A DNA stretch of 64,000 bases from the IMG/VR virus record IMGVR_UViG_3300037240_000024, positions 152 to 64,151 of that record. One strand, written 5' to 3'. The position numbers and the translations under genes were made by a program. This DNA is from a virus. Shown piece after piece: positions 56,193 through 63,999 of the stretch. Position 1 is the first letter of the stretch, and each line of letters begins with the position of its first letter. The notes below the pieces were generated by a model. It made no database searches, was not told where the DNA came from, and saw nothing but the letters and a program-made list of their open reading frames with translations.

Positions 56193-56272
56193 GTTCGTAT
56201 CTCCTATTCAGCGACCAACCTTGGTGCTTTGTGACGCTGGCGACGCGCGCCAGCGTTGCAAAACGTCAGGCT

Positions 56273-56470
56273 TTAACGCTTGCACTCGCGAACATGGCGC
56301 AAGGCTTTGTGGAGTTGTTGAGCGCGCCACATGTCGTCACGCGCGGTTTCGGGCGCATCGGATTCGCGAGCATGTTGCGCGTCGGCTTCGGCGTAACCGA
56401 TAAGCGATTCAATGCGCGTCGCGACCATTTCGACAATTTGATTCGTATTATCGACTGTCTTGCAAGTCAT
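56273..56470 (-). CDS. hypothetical protein, first gene of the leftward early operon
   Basis: 65 aa; RBS GAGGAG. Confidence 0.6.
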   Translation of the reverse strand: MTCKTVDNTNQIVEMVATRIESLIGYAEADAQHARESDAPETARDDMWRAQQLHKALRHVRECKR

Positions 56471-56497
56471 CGCTTCGTTCTCCTCTTGCCTGTTCCG

Positions 56498-56525
56498 ACT
56501 GTACGCTTTGGCGAAACTTTGTCAA
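56498..56525 (-). promoter_or_regulatory. sigma70-like leftward early promoter
   Basis: TTGACA-16bp-TACAGT on the minus strand. Confidence 0.5.
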
Positions 56526-56611
56526 TAAGATTTAGACCTTTTTGGCGATTTATTTTCGTCGTGGTCTGCTAAAATAACATCTTGTCACGATAAATCAGAG
56601 AGTTAGACGAC

Positions 56612-57079
56612 ATGGCGAAACGGAAGATTCCGCCTATGCCGGTCGAGTTTTTCGCCACGCATCCCCAAATCATCGGCCTAAACACTGCCGCGCTTGGTAC
56701 GCTCTGGCGCTTGCTGCTGCATTTCTGGATGACGGATTGCGCGCCGCTTCCCGATACGGACTATGCGCTTTTCCTGCTGTCCAGGTCGCACAAGCCGACG
56801 TGGGCGAGTTACAAAGCAGAGATTCGCGAGATTTTGGCGGACGTCACGCCCGATCTGGCCGAAGCGTTGGCGCTCTATCGCAAGCGATCCTCTATTCTAG
56901 GCCATCTTGGCGATAGAGGTAACTCGACGCAAAGGTCGCGCCGAGTGAAGGCGGGTCAGAATGTTGAGTCCTCAACGTCGGAGATTTATACGCCTCGCCA
57001 GGCCGAACGGAATCGCGCTCCGGCGCCGGTCGCGCACGTAAAGCAAAGCGGTTCGGGGTTCGTCGAGAAGCCGAGGTAG
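56612..57079 (+). CDS. YdaU/DUF1376-like protein
   Basis: MPVEFF..H...GLNTAALGTLWRLLLHFW....PLPD.D..L pattern. Confidence 0.6.
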   Translation: MAKRKIPPMPVEFFATHPQIIGLNTAALGTLWRLLLHFWMTDCAPLPDTDYALFLLSRSHKPTWASYKAEIREILADVTPDLAEALALYRKRSSILGHLGDRGNSTQRSRRVKAGQNVESSTSEIYTPRQAERNRAPAPVAHVKQSGSGFVEKPR

Positions 57080-57488
57080 CATCGAATAACAGGCTGTACG
57101 ATCTTCGCTTGGTTAGCCTATGCGGCGGAAGTCTTATTTCTCGCAAGAAACCGTCCAGCCGCTGCGCCTCTACGCCAGCTTGCAGCCTCGCCAGGCGAGC
57201 CAATCAAGCCATTTCGACCCACTATATGTAGTGACGTCTTGTTACCGTCAAAAAGGAGTACCTTTGTGACGATGCTAAGCCGTTGATACATATAGGCTTA
57301 GCGGCTCGTCGCCTGGCGCTGGCACGGCGCGGTTTCGGCGAGGCGATGGGGTTCGGGGCCTACGACTGGAAGGGGCTCGGCTTTCTGCGCCCCGTAGAAA
57401 TGACCGCCGTACATCTTGTTATCCGCCCTGAAAGCCTATAAGGTGTCCCACAGCCCAGCAAAACCGGGCCTTAGCGGGAGATACGGCT

Positions 57489-57752
57489 ATGCTGAGCGGA
57501 CGTATTCAGAATGCTACGCGGACTCTTGGCGCTCCCCTAGACTGGGACAGCGAACGAGACGGCGCTTGTGTTGGCCTGACGGTTCGAGATGAGCAAACTA
57601 CCGCCGGGCCGACGATGTTCTCAGCATGGTTTCCGACGCCGGCCGAGGTGGCGCGGATCGTGGAGGGAGCGCCAATCTATCTCGGCATTCTCGGCACGGT
57701 ACATCCGCCTGTCGTTATGAGCGTCGGCCCCAGACCGGGCTACGAAGGCTGA
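57489..57752 (+). CDS. hypothetical protein
   Basis: TRTLGAPLDWD...SAWFPTPAE...GAPIYL...HPPV motif; RBS GGGAG. Confidence 0.65.
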   Translation: MLSGRIQNATRTLGAPLDWDSERDGACVGLTVRDEQTTAGPTMFSAWFPTPAEVARIVEGAPIYLGILGTVHPPVVMSVGPRPGYEG

Positions 57753-57858
57753 CCGGGAACCTCCCCCGCTCCGACGGCTTGACGCCGAGCGGCGCCGGGG
57801 CTATTCGAGAGGTCCGTGGGCTTCCCTGGTGGGTTGACATGGAAGCATCTAGCCCGAC

Positions 57859-57916
57859 GCTCATACGGCTGACGAGCTGCTGAAATGCAGCGAAACGTGA
57901 AAACGTCCCGTGGAGC
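57859..57916 (+). ncRNA. type I hammerhead ribozyme
   Basis: Core CTGACGA (57869-75); stem II GCTGC/GCAGC with loop TGAAAT; GAAA; stem III ACGT/ACGT with GAAA loop; GTC cleavage triplet (57905-07); stem I GCTCATACGG/CCGTGGAGC with one bulge. Confidence 0.88.
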
Positions 57917-57957
57917 CTCCCAAGTTGGGGAATAACTGGAGGCCTAGGCCCGCCGCT

Positions 57958-57999
57958 GAAAACGCCGTCCCGCATCGCACCGGGGCGGCGTTTTCGTTT
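57958..57999 (+). terminator. 14-bp hairpin, probable (bidirectional) terminator
   Basis: GAAAACGCCGTCCC-10nt-GGGGCGGCGTTTTC then GTTT. Confidence 0.7.
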
Positions 58000-58052
58000 G
58001 ACGGCGCTCCAAAAGCATGTCATCTGATCGGATGGTGTCAACGGAGGATGCG

Positions 58053-58397
58053 ATGAATTACGTCGATCTCACCCATTTCGAAAATACGTTTCGCGATCTC
58101 GACACGGCGCAGGGCGTTGCGCTGTCCGACTGGGCCAAGCCATCCAGTGTCGAAGTCAAGTTCACCAACGGCGGAACGAAGCAGCGGCACATCCCAATCG
58201 TCGATCACGAAGCTACCGCCAATTTCCGGCTCGGTGTGATCGAGGCGCTTCAGATTGAGAATGGCCGGCTGCGCGCCGATCTGAAGACAGCGGCCAATCT
58301 CTATTTTGGTCTGATCCAGGAGGCTGAGCCGATTCCGACGCCTGGTGAGGTGCTGGCGAAGGTGTTATCCTCCGACGATTACTGGACAGGAGCGTGA
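58053..58397 (+). CDS. hypothetical protein
   Basis: RBS GGAGGA; start MNYVDL. Confidence 0.6.
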   Translation: MNYVDLTHFENTFRDLDTAQGVALSDWAKPSSVEVKFTNGGTKQRHIPIVDHEATANFRLGVIEALQIENGRLRADLKTAANLYFGLIQEAEPIPTPGEVLAKVLSSDDYWTGA

Positions 58398-58398
58398 G

Positions 58399-58644
58399 AT
58401 GTTGAAGATTGCCGCAACGTTTTTGCTCTTCGCGACTGCGGTTAGAGCGGACGTAGTCGATCTGAACGATTTTCTCTCGCCGGGTTACAAGCCTGGCGAC
58501 GACGTCTCTATTCCGTTGCAGAAAGCGATCGACTCGGCGTGCGCAGCGACGCCGCTCGATCCGGTCGTGCTGCTTTCTTACGGCGTGGTGAACATAAAAG
58601 AAAGCATACACGGTACGTGCGGTGTAACGCTGCAAATTCGATAG
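58399..58644 (+). CDS. small signal-peptide protein resembling the N-terminal cap of a pectate-lyase-like beta-helix
   Basis: MLKIAATFLLFATAVRA then ...GDDVSIPLQKAIDSACA...VVLLSYGVVNI. Confidence 0.55.
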   Translation: MLKIAATFLLFATAVRADVVDLNDFLSPGYKPGDDVSIPLQKAIDSACAATPLDPVVLLSYGVVNIKESIHGTCGVTLQIR

Positions 58645-58774
58645 GAGCGTGAGATGGCCGAAGCGGCTATGTTCGTCACGCTCATCGCGCTGATCTCCTA
58701 TTGCGCCTATCTGGATCGGCGTGAGCATCCGAAGCCGAAGCCGGCGAAGGAACGGAAGTTTCGATCTTTCTGAT

Positions 58775-58826
58775 TGACTTTTCCGTCAAAATGCTTTAGA
58801 CCTTTCTGATAAATGGAGGGTCTAAA
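58775..58826. promoter_or_regulatory. res-like site: two inverted repeats upstream of the recombinase
   Basis: TTGAC-6-GTCAA (58775-58790) and TTTAGACC-16-GGTCTAAA (58795-58826), ending at the ATG. Confidence 0.55.
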
Positions 58827-59381
58827 ATGCGCTACGGCTACGCTCGTGTCTCCACCCAGGACCAGAGCCTTGAGATCCAAATCGCCGATCTGACGAAGGC
58901 CGGCTGCGGCGACATCAGGTCCGAGAAGGTCAGCGGCGGCTCGATTCATAATCGCGATGAGTTCGTCAAGCTTCTCTGGGATTTGAAGCGCGGCGACGAA
59001 TTGTGGGTCGTGCGTATCGACCGATTCGCTCGTAGCCTCGCCGATCTCGCGGTGACGGTGCGCGATCTGACGAAGCGCGGCGTGGTTCTCAAAGCCACGC
59101 AGCAGCCCATCGACACCACGACCGCTTCGGGGAATGCGTTCCTTGGGATGCTCGGGGTGTTCGCCGAGTTCGAGCGCAGCCTTACGGCCGAGCGCCAGGC
59201 CGTCGGAATCGCGGCGGCTCACGCGGCGGGCAAGTACGAGAAATGCGGCCGACCGTGCGTGACGGGTCATATCGACAAGCAGGAGGTGAAGGCGATGCTG
59301 GAGCGGGACGGCCGGGTGAAGACGGCCAAACATTACCGGCTGTCGGAGAGCGCGATTTACAGACTGGCGAGGGCGGCGTGA
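58827..59381 (+). CDS. small serine recombinase (resolvase/invertase family)
   Basis: MRYGYARVSTQDQ, GD.L.V.RIDRFARS, FAEFER, C-terminal HTH. Confidence 0.92.
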   Translation: MRYGYARVSTQDQSLEIQIADLTKAGCGDIRSEKVSGGSIHNRDEFVKLLWDLKRGDELWVVRIDRFARSLADLAVTVRDLTKRGVVLKATQQPIDTTTASGNAFLGMLGVFAEFERSLTAERQAVGIAAAHAAGKYEKCGRPCVTGHIDKQEVKAMLERDGRVKTAKHYRLSESAIYRLARAA

Positions 59382-59644
59382 CCGACGAAGATATTGAATA
59401 CGTCATCAAGATCGTAGCCGACGCGGCTTGGGGTCTTGCATCTCGTGAGAGCGACGGCGACGGCGACCCAAATCGGAATCTCTGTCTTCGCATTGAGGAC
59501 TTGAGCGACGACCCGGTCGTCAGCAAGAACCTTCTCGCGCACGTCAAGGCGCTACTTGTTCGCGATGAAAAGTCTTCTGACTGGGAGATGCACTTGGATG
59601 CGTGGTTTGCGGAAAGCGCCTTGACACGCCATCCGATCCTATGA
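59378..59644 (+). CDS. hypothetical acidic protein
   Basis: GTGA overlap with the recombinase. Confidence 0.55.
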   Translation: MTDEDIEYVIKIVADAAWGLASRESDGDGDPNRNLCLRIEDLSDDPVVSKNLLAHVKALLVRDEKSSDWEMHLDAWFAESALTRHPIL

Positions 59645-59676
59645 CATGCTGAGCACACAAATCGAGGAGACCCCAG

Positions 59677-59922
59677 ATGGCCGACGATCATGATCTTTTT
59701 GAGGGCGGCGCTGTGGCTGGCCGTCCTGTTGATGCGACTCAGTCCGTCGCCGGAGTTGGGACGGCTGCGAAGGTCTATCCGCCGCCGGTTGCGCAGAACC
59801 AGGACTTCAAGGCCAAGCTGAGAGCGGCGGTCGACGAGCACTTCCCGGCGATGGACGCTGACGGCGTCGAGGCTCATCAGCCGATGCGGGATTTCTGCCT
59901 TAAGGTTATGAGCATCCTGTGA
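59677..59922 (+). CDS. hypothetical protein
   Basis: RBS GAGGAG. Confidence 0.55.
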   Translation: MADDHDLFEGGAVAGRPVDATQSVAGVGTAAKVYPPPVAQNQDFKAKLRAAVDEHFPAMDADGVEAHQPMRDFCLKVMSIL

Positions 59923-59973
59923 CATAACAAGGCGCTCGCCGGGCGTCTCCGGCGTTTTGACCGGAGAACCCGC

Positions 59974-60108
59974 ATGGCGAAGTCCGCGAAGATGATGAAG
60001 GCCAAAGAGGCCAATGACACGAAGGCCAAGGGCAAGGGCGTCGACCCGAAGAAGCCGATGACGAAGAACAACGTCAAAGCCTTGGCGAAGCTCGGCAAGA
60101 AAAAGTAA
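59974..60108 (+). CDS. 44-aa Lys-rich histone-like peptide
   Basis: MAKSAKMMKAKEANDTKAKGKGVDPKKPMTKNNVKALAKLGKKK; RBS GGAG; not in the ORF track. Confidence 0.65.
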   Translation: MAKSAKMMKAKEANDTKAKGKGVDPKKPMTKNNVKALAKLGKKK

Positions 60109-60218
60109 TCCGTCCAGCGACGTTTGCCTCCTCGTACCGTCGCGCGACGTGAGCGCGAGGGCCTTGACGCGCGTACACTCCCTGCGTTGCGGCTTCTCGT
60201 TGATCGGAAGGATGGAAC

Positions 60219-60389
60219 TTGGCCCGCATCTACAAACGAAAGCCGGACGCGCTGGTCGCCAAGCTGACGGTGCCGATGTCCGACGACCTGTTGCACCGGC
60301 TACGCGAACATGCCGTGGCGAAAGCGCAGACGCCGACGGCGGCGGCGCGCGAGATTATCTCCCAGGCGCTGCCGGAGCCGGTGAAATGA
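60219..60389 (+). CDS. ribbon-helix-helix (CopG/Arc-like) regulator
   Basis: KLTVPMSDDLLHRLREHA...TPTAAAREII; TTG start after GGAAGGATGG. Confidence 0.6.
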   Translation: MARIYKRKPDALVAKLTVPMSDDLLHRLREHAVAKAQTPTAAAREIISQALPEPVK

Positions 60390-60679
60390 GCAATCTCGCA
60401 GTTCTTGGCAGCGACGATGTTGAGGTGCTCGTGCACATTCGACGAAACTCCGACAACGTGACACGTATCTGGAAAACGACCGAAAAGCGTTCGTCCATGG
60501 ACTATGATTGGCGAGACGGAAATTGTTCGTGTGACTGCAACCGAGAATTGTTCTTCGAATACGTCGCCGGCGCCAAATACGAAGACGTCGAAACGAAGTG
60601 CGGCGACGGAGCATATTTCGTTCAGATCTTCGACGCTGAAGGAAATATGCTCTACTCGGACGACGAGGCGTTGAAATGA
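60386..60679 (+). CDS. hypothetical protein with CSCDCNR motif
   Basis: 3' part of ORF 60149..60679; start MSNLAV. Confidence 0.55.
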   Translation: MSNLAVLGSDDVEVLVHIRRNSDNVTRIWKTTEKRSSMDYDWRDGNCSCDCNRELFFEYVAGAKYEDVETKCGDGAYFVQIFDAEGNMLYSDDEALK

Positions 60680-60945
60680 GCAATCTCGGAATGCGGATCA
60701 AGGGCGATGTGTTCGAGGTCGGCTTCGAGGCGGAGACCCGCGAGGAATTCGATTCGTTCGTCGAGCGCCTTCAGATGGTTGCGGCGACGATCTGGCGGAG
60801 CCAGCACGAGCCCGAGCCGGAAAGAGACGATCAAGCCGTCGCGCGCATCCACGCGGCCGAGGTCGCAGCCACCAAGAAGGCCAGCATGACGAAGTTCGAG
60901 AAGCAGGCCGTCAAGGACTGGCGCGAGGATCAGGGGCTGCGCTGA
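60676..60945 (+). CDS. hypothetical protein
   Basis: 89 aa, ATGA overlap. Confidence 0.55.
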   Translation: MSNLGMRIKGDVFEVGFEAETREEFDSFVERLQMVAATIWRSQHEPEPERDDQAVARIHAAEVAATKKASMTKFEKQAVKDWREDQGLR

Positions 60946-61178
60946 TGTCGAACGGACACACCGTTTTTACCAACGAGGACAGCACCGGCGTCGCGTCTGA
61001 AGACAAGTCTATAAATGTCGCGTTGCTGGTGTTTCAGCTTACGGGCGACACGTTAAACGTGCGTGTGGACCTTCGTCGCGGAAGATTTGATGGTCTTGTC
61101 TATCTGACGGCGGTCGAGGCGATGAAGATCGCGAAGGAGCTTCGCCGGCTCGCCATCGCGGCGTTTGAGGCAAGCTGA
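60945..61178 (+). CDS. hypothetical protein
   Basis: 77 aa, TGATG overlap. Confidence 0.5.
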   Translation: MSNGHTVFTNEDSTGVASEDKSINVALLVFQLTGDTLNVRVDLRRGRFDGLVYLTAVEAMKIAKELRRLAIAAFEAS

Positions 61179-61498
61179 TGTCTGAACTTCTCATCCCACG
61201 CCGTCGTTTTTTGCAAGGCATGGCGACTTTGTTTGTCGCCCCGGCGATCATCAAGGCGTCGTCGCTGATGCCGGTGAAATCTTGGCGTGAAGTTTGGCTC
61301 TGGCCGGTGCCGCCGGACGGTCGCAGCGTGACGTTTTTCGGTGGTCGTGTTTGGTGGCTGCACGATTCGGACTGTTCAGGTATGTTCTATTCCGAAGTCG
61401 GGGATTGGTTATCGCATCCTCAAGCGGCGCAGATTGAGATGCGCCCGTTCGTATTGAAAGATACTTTTACAAGAACCGATCATGCGGTTGCAGGCTGA
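61178..61498 (+). CDS. hypothetical protein with twin-arginine-like N-terminus
   Basis: RRRFLQGMATLFVAPAIIKASSLMPVK. Confidence 0.55.
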   Translation: MSELLIPRRRFLQGMATLFVAPAIIKASSLMPVKSWREVWLWPVPPDGRSVTFFGGRVWWLHDSDCSGMFYSEVGDWLSHPQAAQIEMRPFVLKDTFTRTDHAVAG

Positions 61499-63378
61499 TG
61501 GCCCTCAAGGCGTCGAAGTGGCTGAAGGCGTTCGAGACTTTCGCGGCTGATCTCAGGATCAAGTCGAAGGAAGAAGTCTCGATCGATCAGCACGGCGTTC
61601 CGCTCAGCATCTGGGTCAGCCAGCGCCGGTTCCTGGAGGAGATAGGCAACGGCCTCGATAGCGGCATCCACAGCTTCAACATTCTCAAGAGCCGACAGCT
61701 CGGCGTCACGACCCTGTCGGTCGCGCTGGTGGACGTGTTCTGGCCGGCCATGCACCCCGGCATCATCGGCTGTCTCGTCACCGACACCGAGAAGAATCGC
61801 GAACTCAACCGCGCGATGATCGAGGGTTACATCAACTCGTTCCCCGATGGTTATTTCGGCGGGAAATTCTCGATCACCCGGTCGAACCGGCAGATGCTCC
61901 AGTTTAGCAACGGATCTCGGCTCGATCTGCTGGTGGCCGGCACGAAGAAGAAAGCGATCGCCTGGGGTGAAGGTCAGGGCTACGCCTTCGCCCATCTCAC
62001 GGAATTGGCCTCCTACGGTGACGTTGAGGGCTTGAAGTCTCTTGAAGAAGGCTTCGCTCAGTCCAATCCGCATCGGCTGTTCGTGCGTGAATCCACGGCG
62101 AAAGGCTACAACCATTGGCGAGCCCGCTGGGTCGCCGGCAAGAACTCGCTCACCGAGCGCAGCTTCTTCATCGGTTGGTGGAGCGGCGACAAGAACCGGA
62201 TCGAGCGCAAGGACGCGCGCTTCAACCAGTTCGGTCTCTACCCGCCGAACCCCGAAGAGAAGGGCAAGATCGAACTGGTGCGGCAGGCGTACGGCTGGAA
62301 GATCACGCCCGAGCAGCTTGCGTGGCATCGCTGGAAGCGCACCGACGCCGGCGCCGAGCAGGGTCTGCTCGATCAGAATCAGCCGTGGGACGAACAGGAA
62401 GCGTTCGTCATGTCCGGCTACAGCTTCTTCCAGACGCGCGTCATCGACAGCGACTTGAAGGCGCTGCTGGACGATCCGCCGATCTTCAAGGGTTATCGCT
62501 ATCAGGTCGACGGCGATTTCTACAGCTTCAAGATGATGGCTCTGGACCCGGAGATCGACAGTGTCGATGACGTCGAACTCAAGGTTTGGGAAGAGCCTGT
62601 GGACGGAGCCAAATATGCGATTGGTTTTGATCCAGCCTACGGGCGAAATGAGCATAAGGATGGAAGCGCCATTGTCGTGCTACGGTGCTTTGCTGATCGC
62701 GTTGTGCAGGTTGCAGAATATAGGTCGTCTGAGGTTGAGGCTCGACACGCCGCCTGGGTGGCTTTCCATATCTGCGCCGCTTACCGAGACTGCATGATAA
62801 ACGTCGAACTGACCGGGCCGGGGCGGCTCGTGATGGCTGAGTTCGATCATCTCCGTCAGCTTCTCGGCGCCGAGATGAACGTCGCGCGCACCGAGCAGCG
62901 CGGTTGGCAGGACGCAGCGGCCAACGCGCGCTGGTTCCTGCACCACAGGGAAGACTCGTTCGGCTCCGGCTTTGCGGCGAATTACGAAACGACGTGGCGC
63001 TACAAGCAGGAAATGCTTTACAAGCTGAAAGGCTCGTACGTCAGCCGCGAACTCGACATCCGTTCGATGGCGCTGCTGAACGAGATGAAAAATGTCGTGG
63101 TCGACAACGACGACATCGGAGCACCTGAGTCCACCGACGAGGACAAGAAGGACGATCGTGTCTTCGCGCTCGGTCTCGCCAATCTCGCATGGATGTCGTG
63201 GATCAGAAAAGAGATGATCTCGCAGGGGCTGACCTATGACACGGTCATGGCGGCCGAGCGTGGCGACACCGAACTGGCGACGCACGGGCTCAATAGCCTG
63301 GTGTATCGTTTTCTCGCTCGGGCTGACGAGCCGATCGAGAAAGAACCGACGTGGCGCGAACTTCAAGGTCTGGAATAG
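61498..63378 (+). CDS. terL: terminase large subunit
   Basis: LKSRQLGVTT Walker A, HLTELASY Walker B, RESTAKG, FDPAYG and DDRVFAL nuclease motifs. Confidence 0.9.
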   Translation: MALKASKWLKAFETFAADLRIKSKEEVSIDQHGVPLSIWVSQRRFLEEIGNGLDSGIHSFNILKSRQLGVTTLSVALVDVFWPAMHPGIIGCLVTDTEKNRELNRAMIEGYINSFPDGYFGGKFSITRSNRQMLQFSNGSRLDLLVAGTKKKAIAWGEGQGYAFAHLTELASYGDVEGLKSLEEGFAQSNPHRLFVRESTAKGYNHWRARWVAGKNSLTERSFFIGWWSGDKNRIERKDARFNQFGLYPPNPEEKGKIELVRQAYGWKITPEQLAWHRWKRTDAGAEQGLLDQNQPWDEQEAFVMSGYSFFQTRVIDSDLKALLDDPPIFKGYRYQVDGDFYSFKMMALDPEIDSVDDVELKVWEEPVDGAKYAIGFDPAYGRNEHKDGSAIVVLRCFADRVVQVAEYRSSEVEARHAAWVAFHICAAYRDCMINVELTGPGRLVMAEFDHLRQLLGAEMNVARTEQRGWQDAAANARWFLHHREDSFGSGFAANYETTWRYKQEMLYKLKGSYVSRELDIRSMALLNEMKNVVVDNDDIGAPESTDEDKKDDRVFALGLANLAWMSWIRKEMISQGLTYDTVMAAERGDTELATHGLNSLVYRFLARADEPIEKEPTWRELQGLE

Positions 63379-63388
63379 GGAGGGTGAA

Positions 63389-63610
63389 ATGATGGATGAG
63401 ACTGAACGCTTGGCGCGGCTGATGGCGGCGCGCTACGGAGATCCAGACGCGCTGGTTTACAGAGGTGGATTGCAGAGGTTTGAGATTGGTTATGTTTTAC
63501 CGAAACCGAGCGACTCGGGCATTTGTCCTTACTGGCATCGGTTTCTCGGTGCGGCGCAAGTAGCTGTCGAGGACAGGAAGAAGGCCGAAGACATGAAGCG
63601 GGCCGATTGA
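63389..63610 (+). CDS. hypothetical protein
   Basis: RBS GGGAGG. Confidence 0.55.
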   Translation: MMDETERLARLMAARYGDPDALVYRGGLQRFEIGYVLPKPSDSGICPYWHRFLGAAQVAVEDRKKAEDMKRAD

Positions 63611-63738
63611 ACGCAAGATGCAGGGGCTAGAATGATTCGATGGTTCATGTGTCGGTTTCAGCTATGTGGCGGTCACATCGACAGAAATCGTGAAGGCAAG
63701 ATCTGCTGGCGGTGCGCTACGTGCGGTAGAGAGATTAC

Positions 63739-63999
63739 GTGATCCTCACCCTCCCCACTGCTTCGCGTGAGCGCGTCATGCTTCGCATCCAGGAGGCCGA
63801 AGCGAACGCCGGCAAGCGACCGGCGCGCGCCGCGCTGCATCCCGAGGACTATCGTCGGCTGGCGCTGGACATGCGACGCTACGGGTTCTTCCCGAGCAAA
63901 TACTACCCGAAGCCTCTTCAGGTGCTAAACGTGCTGATCGAACAGGCTGGCGCCGATGCGCCGCAGGAAAGAACCGTCCGGTTCGAATGGAGCGAATGA
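63739..63999 (+). CDS. hypothetical protein
   Basis: 86 aa; its stop overlaps an ATG at the window end. Confidence 0.5.
   Translation: MILTLPTASRERVMLRIQEAEANAGKRPARAALHPEDYRRLALDMRRYGFFPSKYYPKPLQVLNVLIEQAGADAPQERTVRFEWSE

Noticed and set aside
57917-57960. Twister or other second ribozyme next to the hammerhead (TAACTG...GGCCTAGGCCC)
   Set aside because: Lacks the downstream GAGGG/GAAGGG pseudoknot partner and P1 pairing; no HDV or pistol consensus found
57752-58016. tRNA genes in this or other intergenic regions
   Set aside because: No cloverleaf with TTC(G/A)A T-loop and acceptor stem seen
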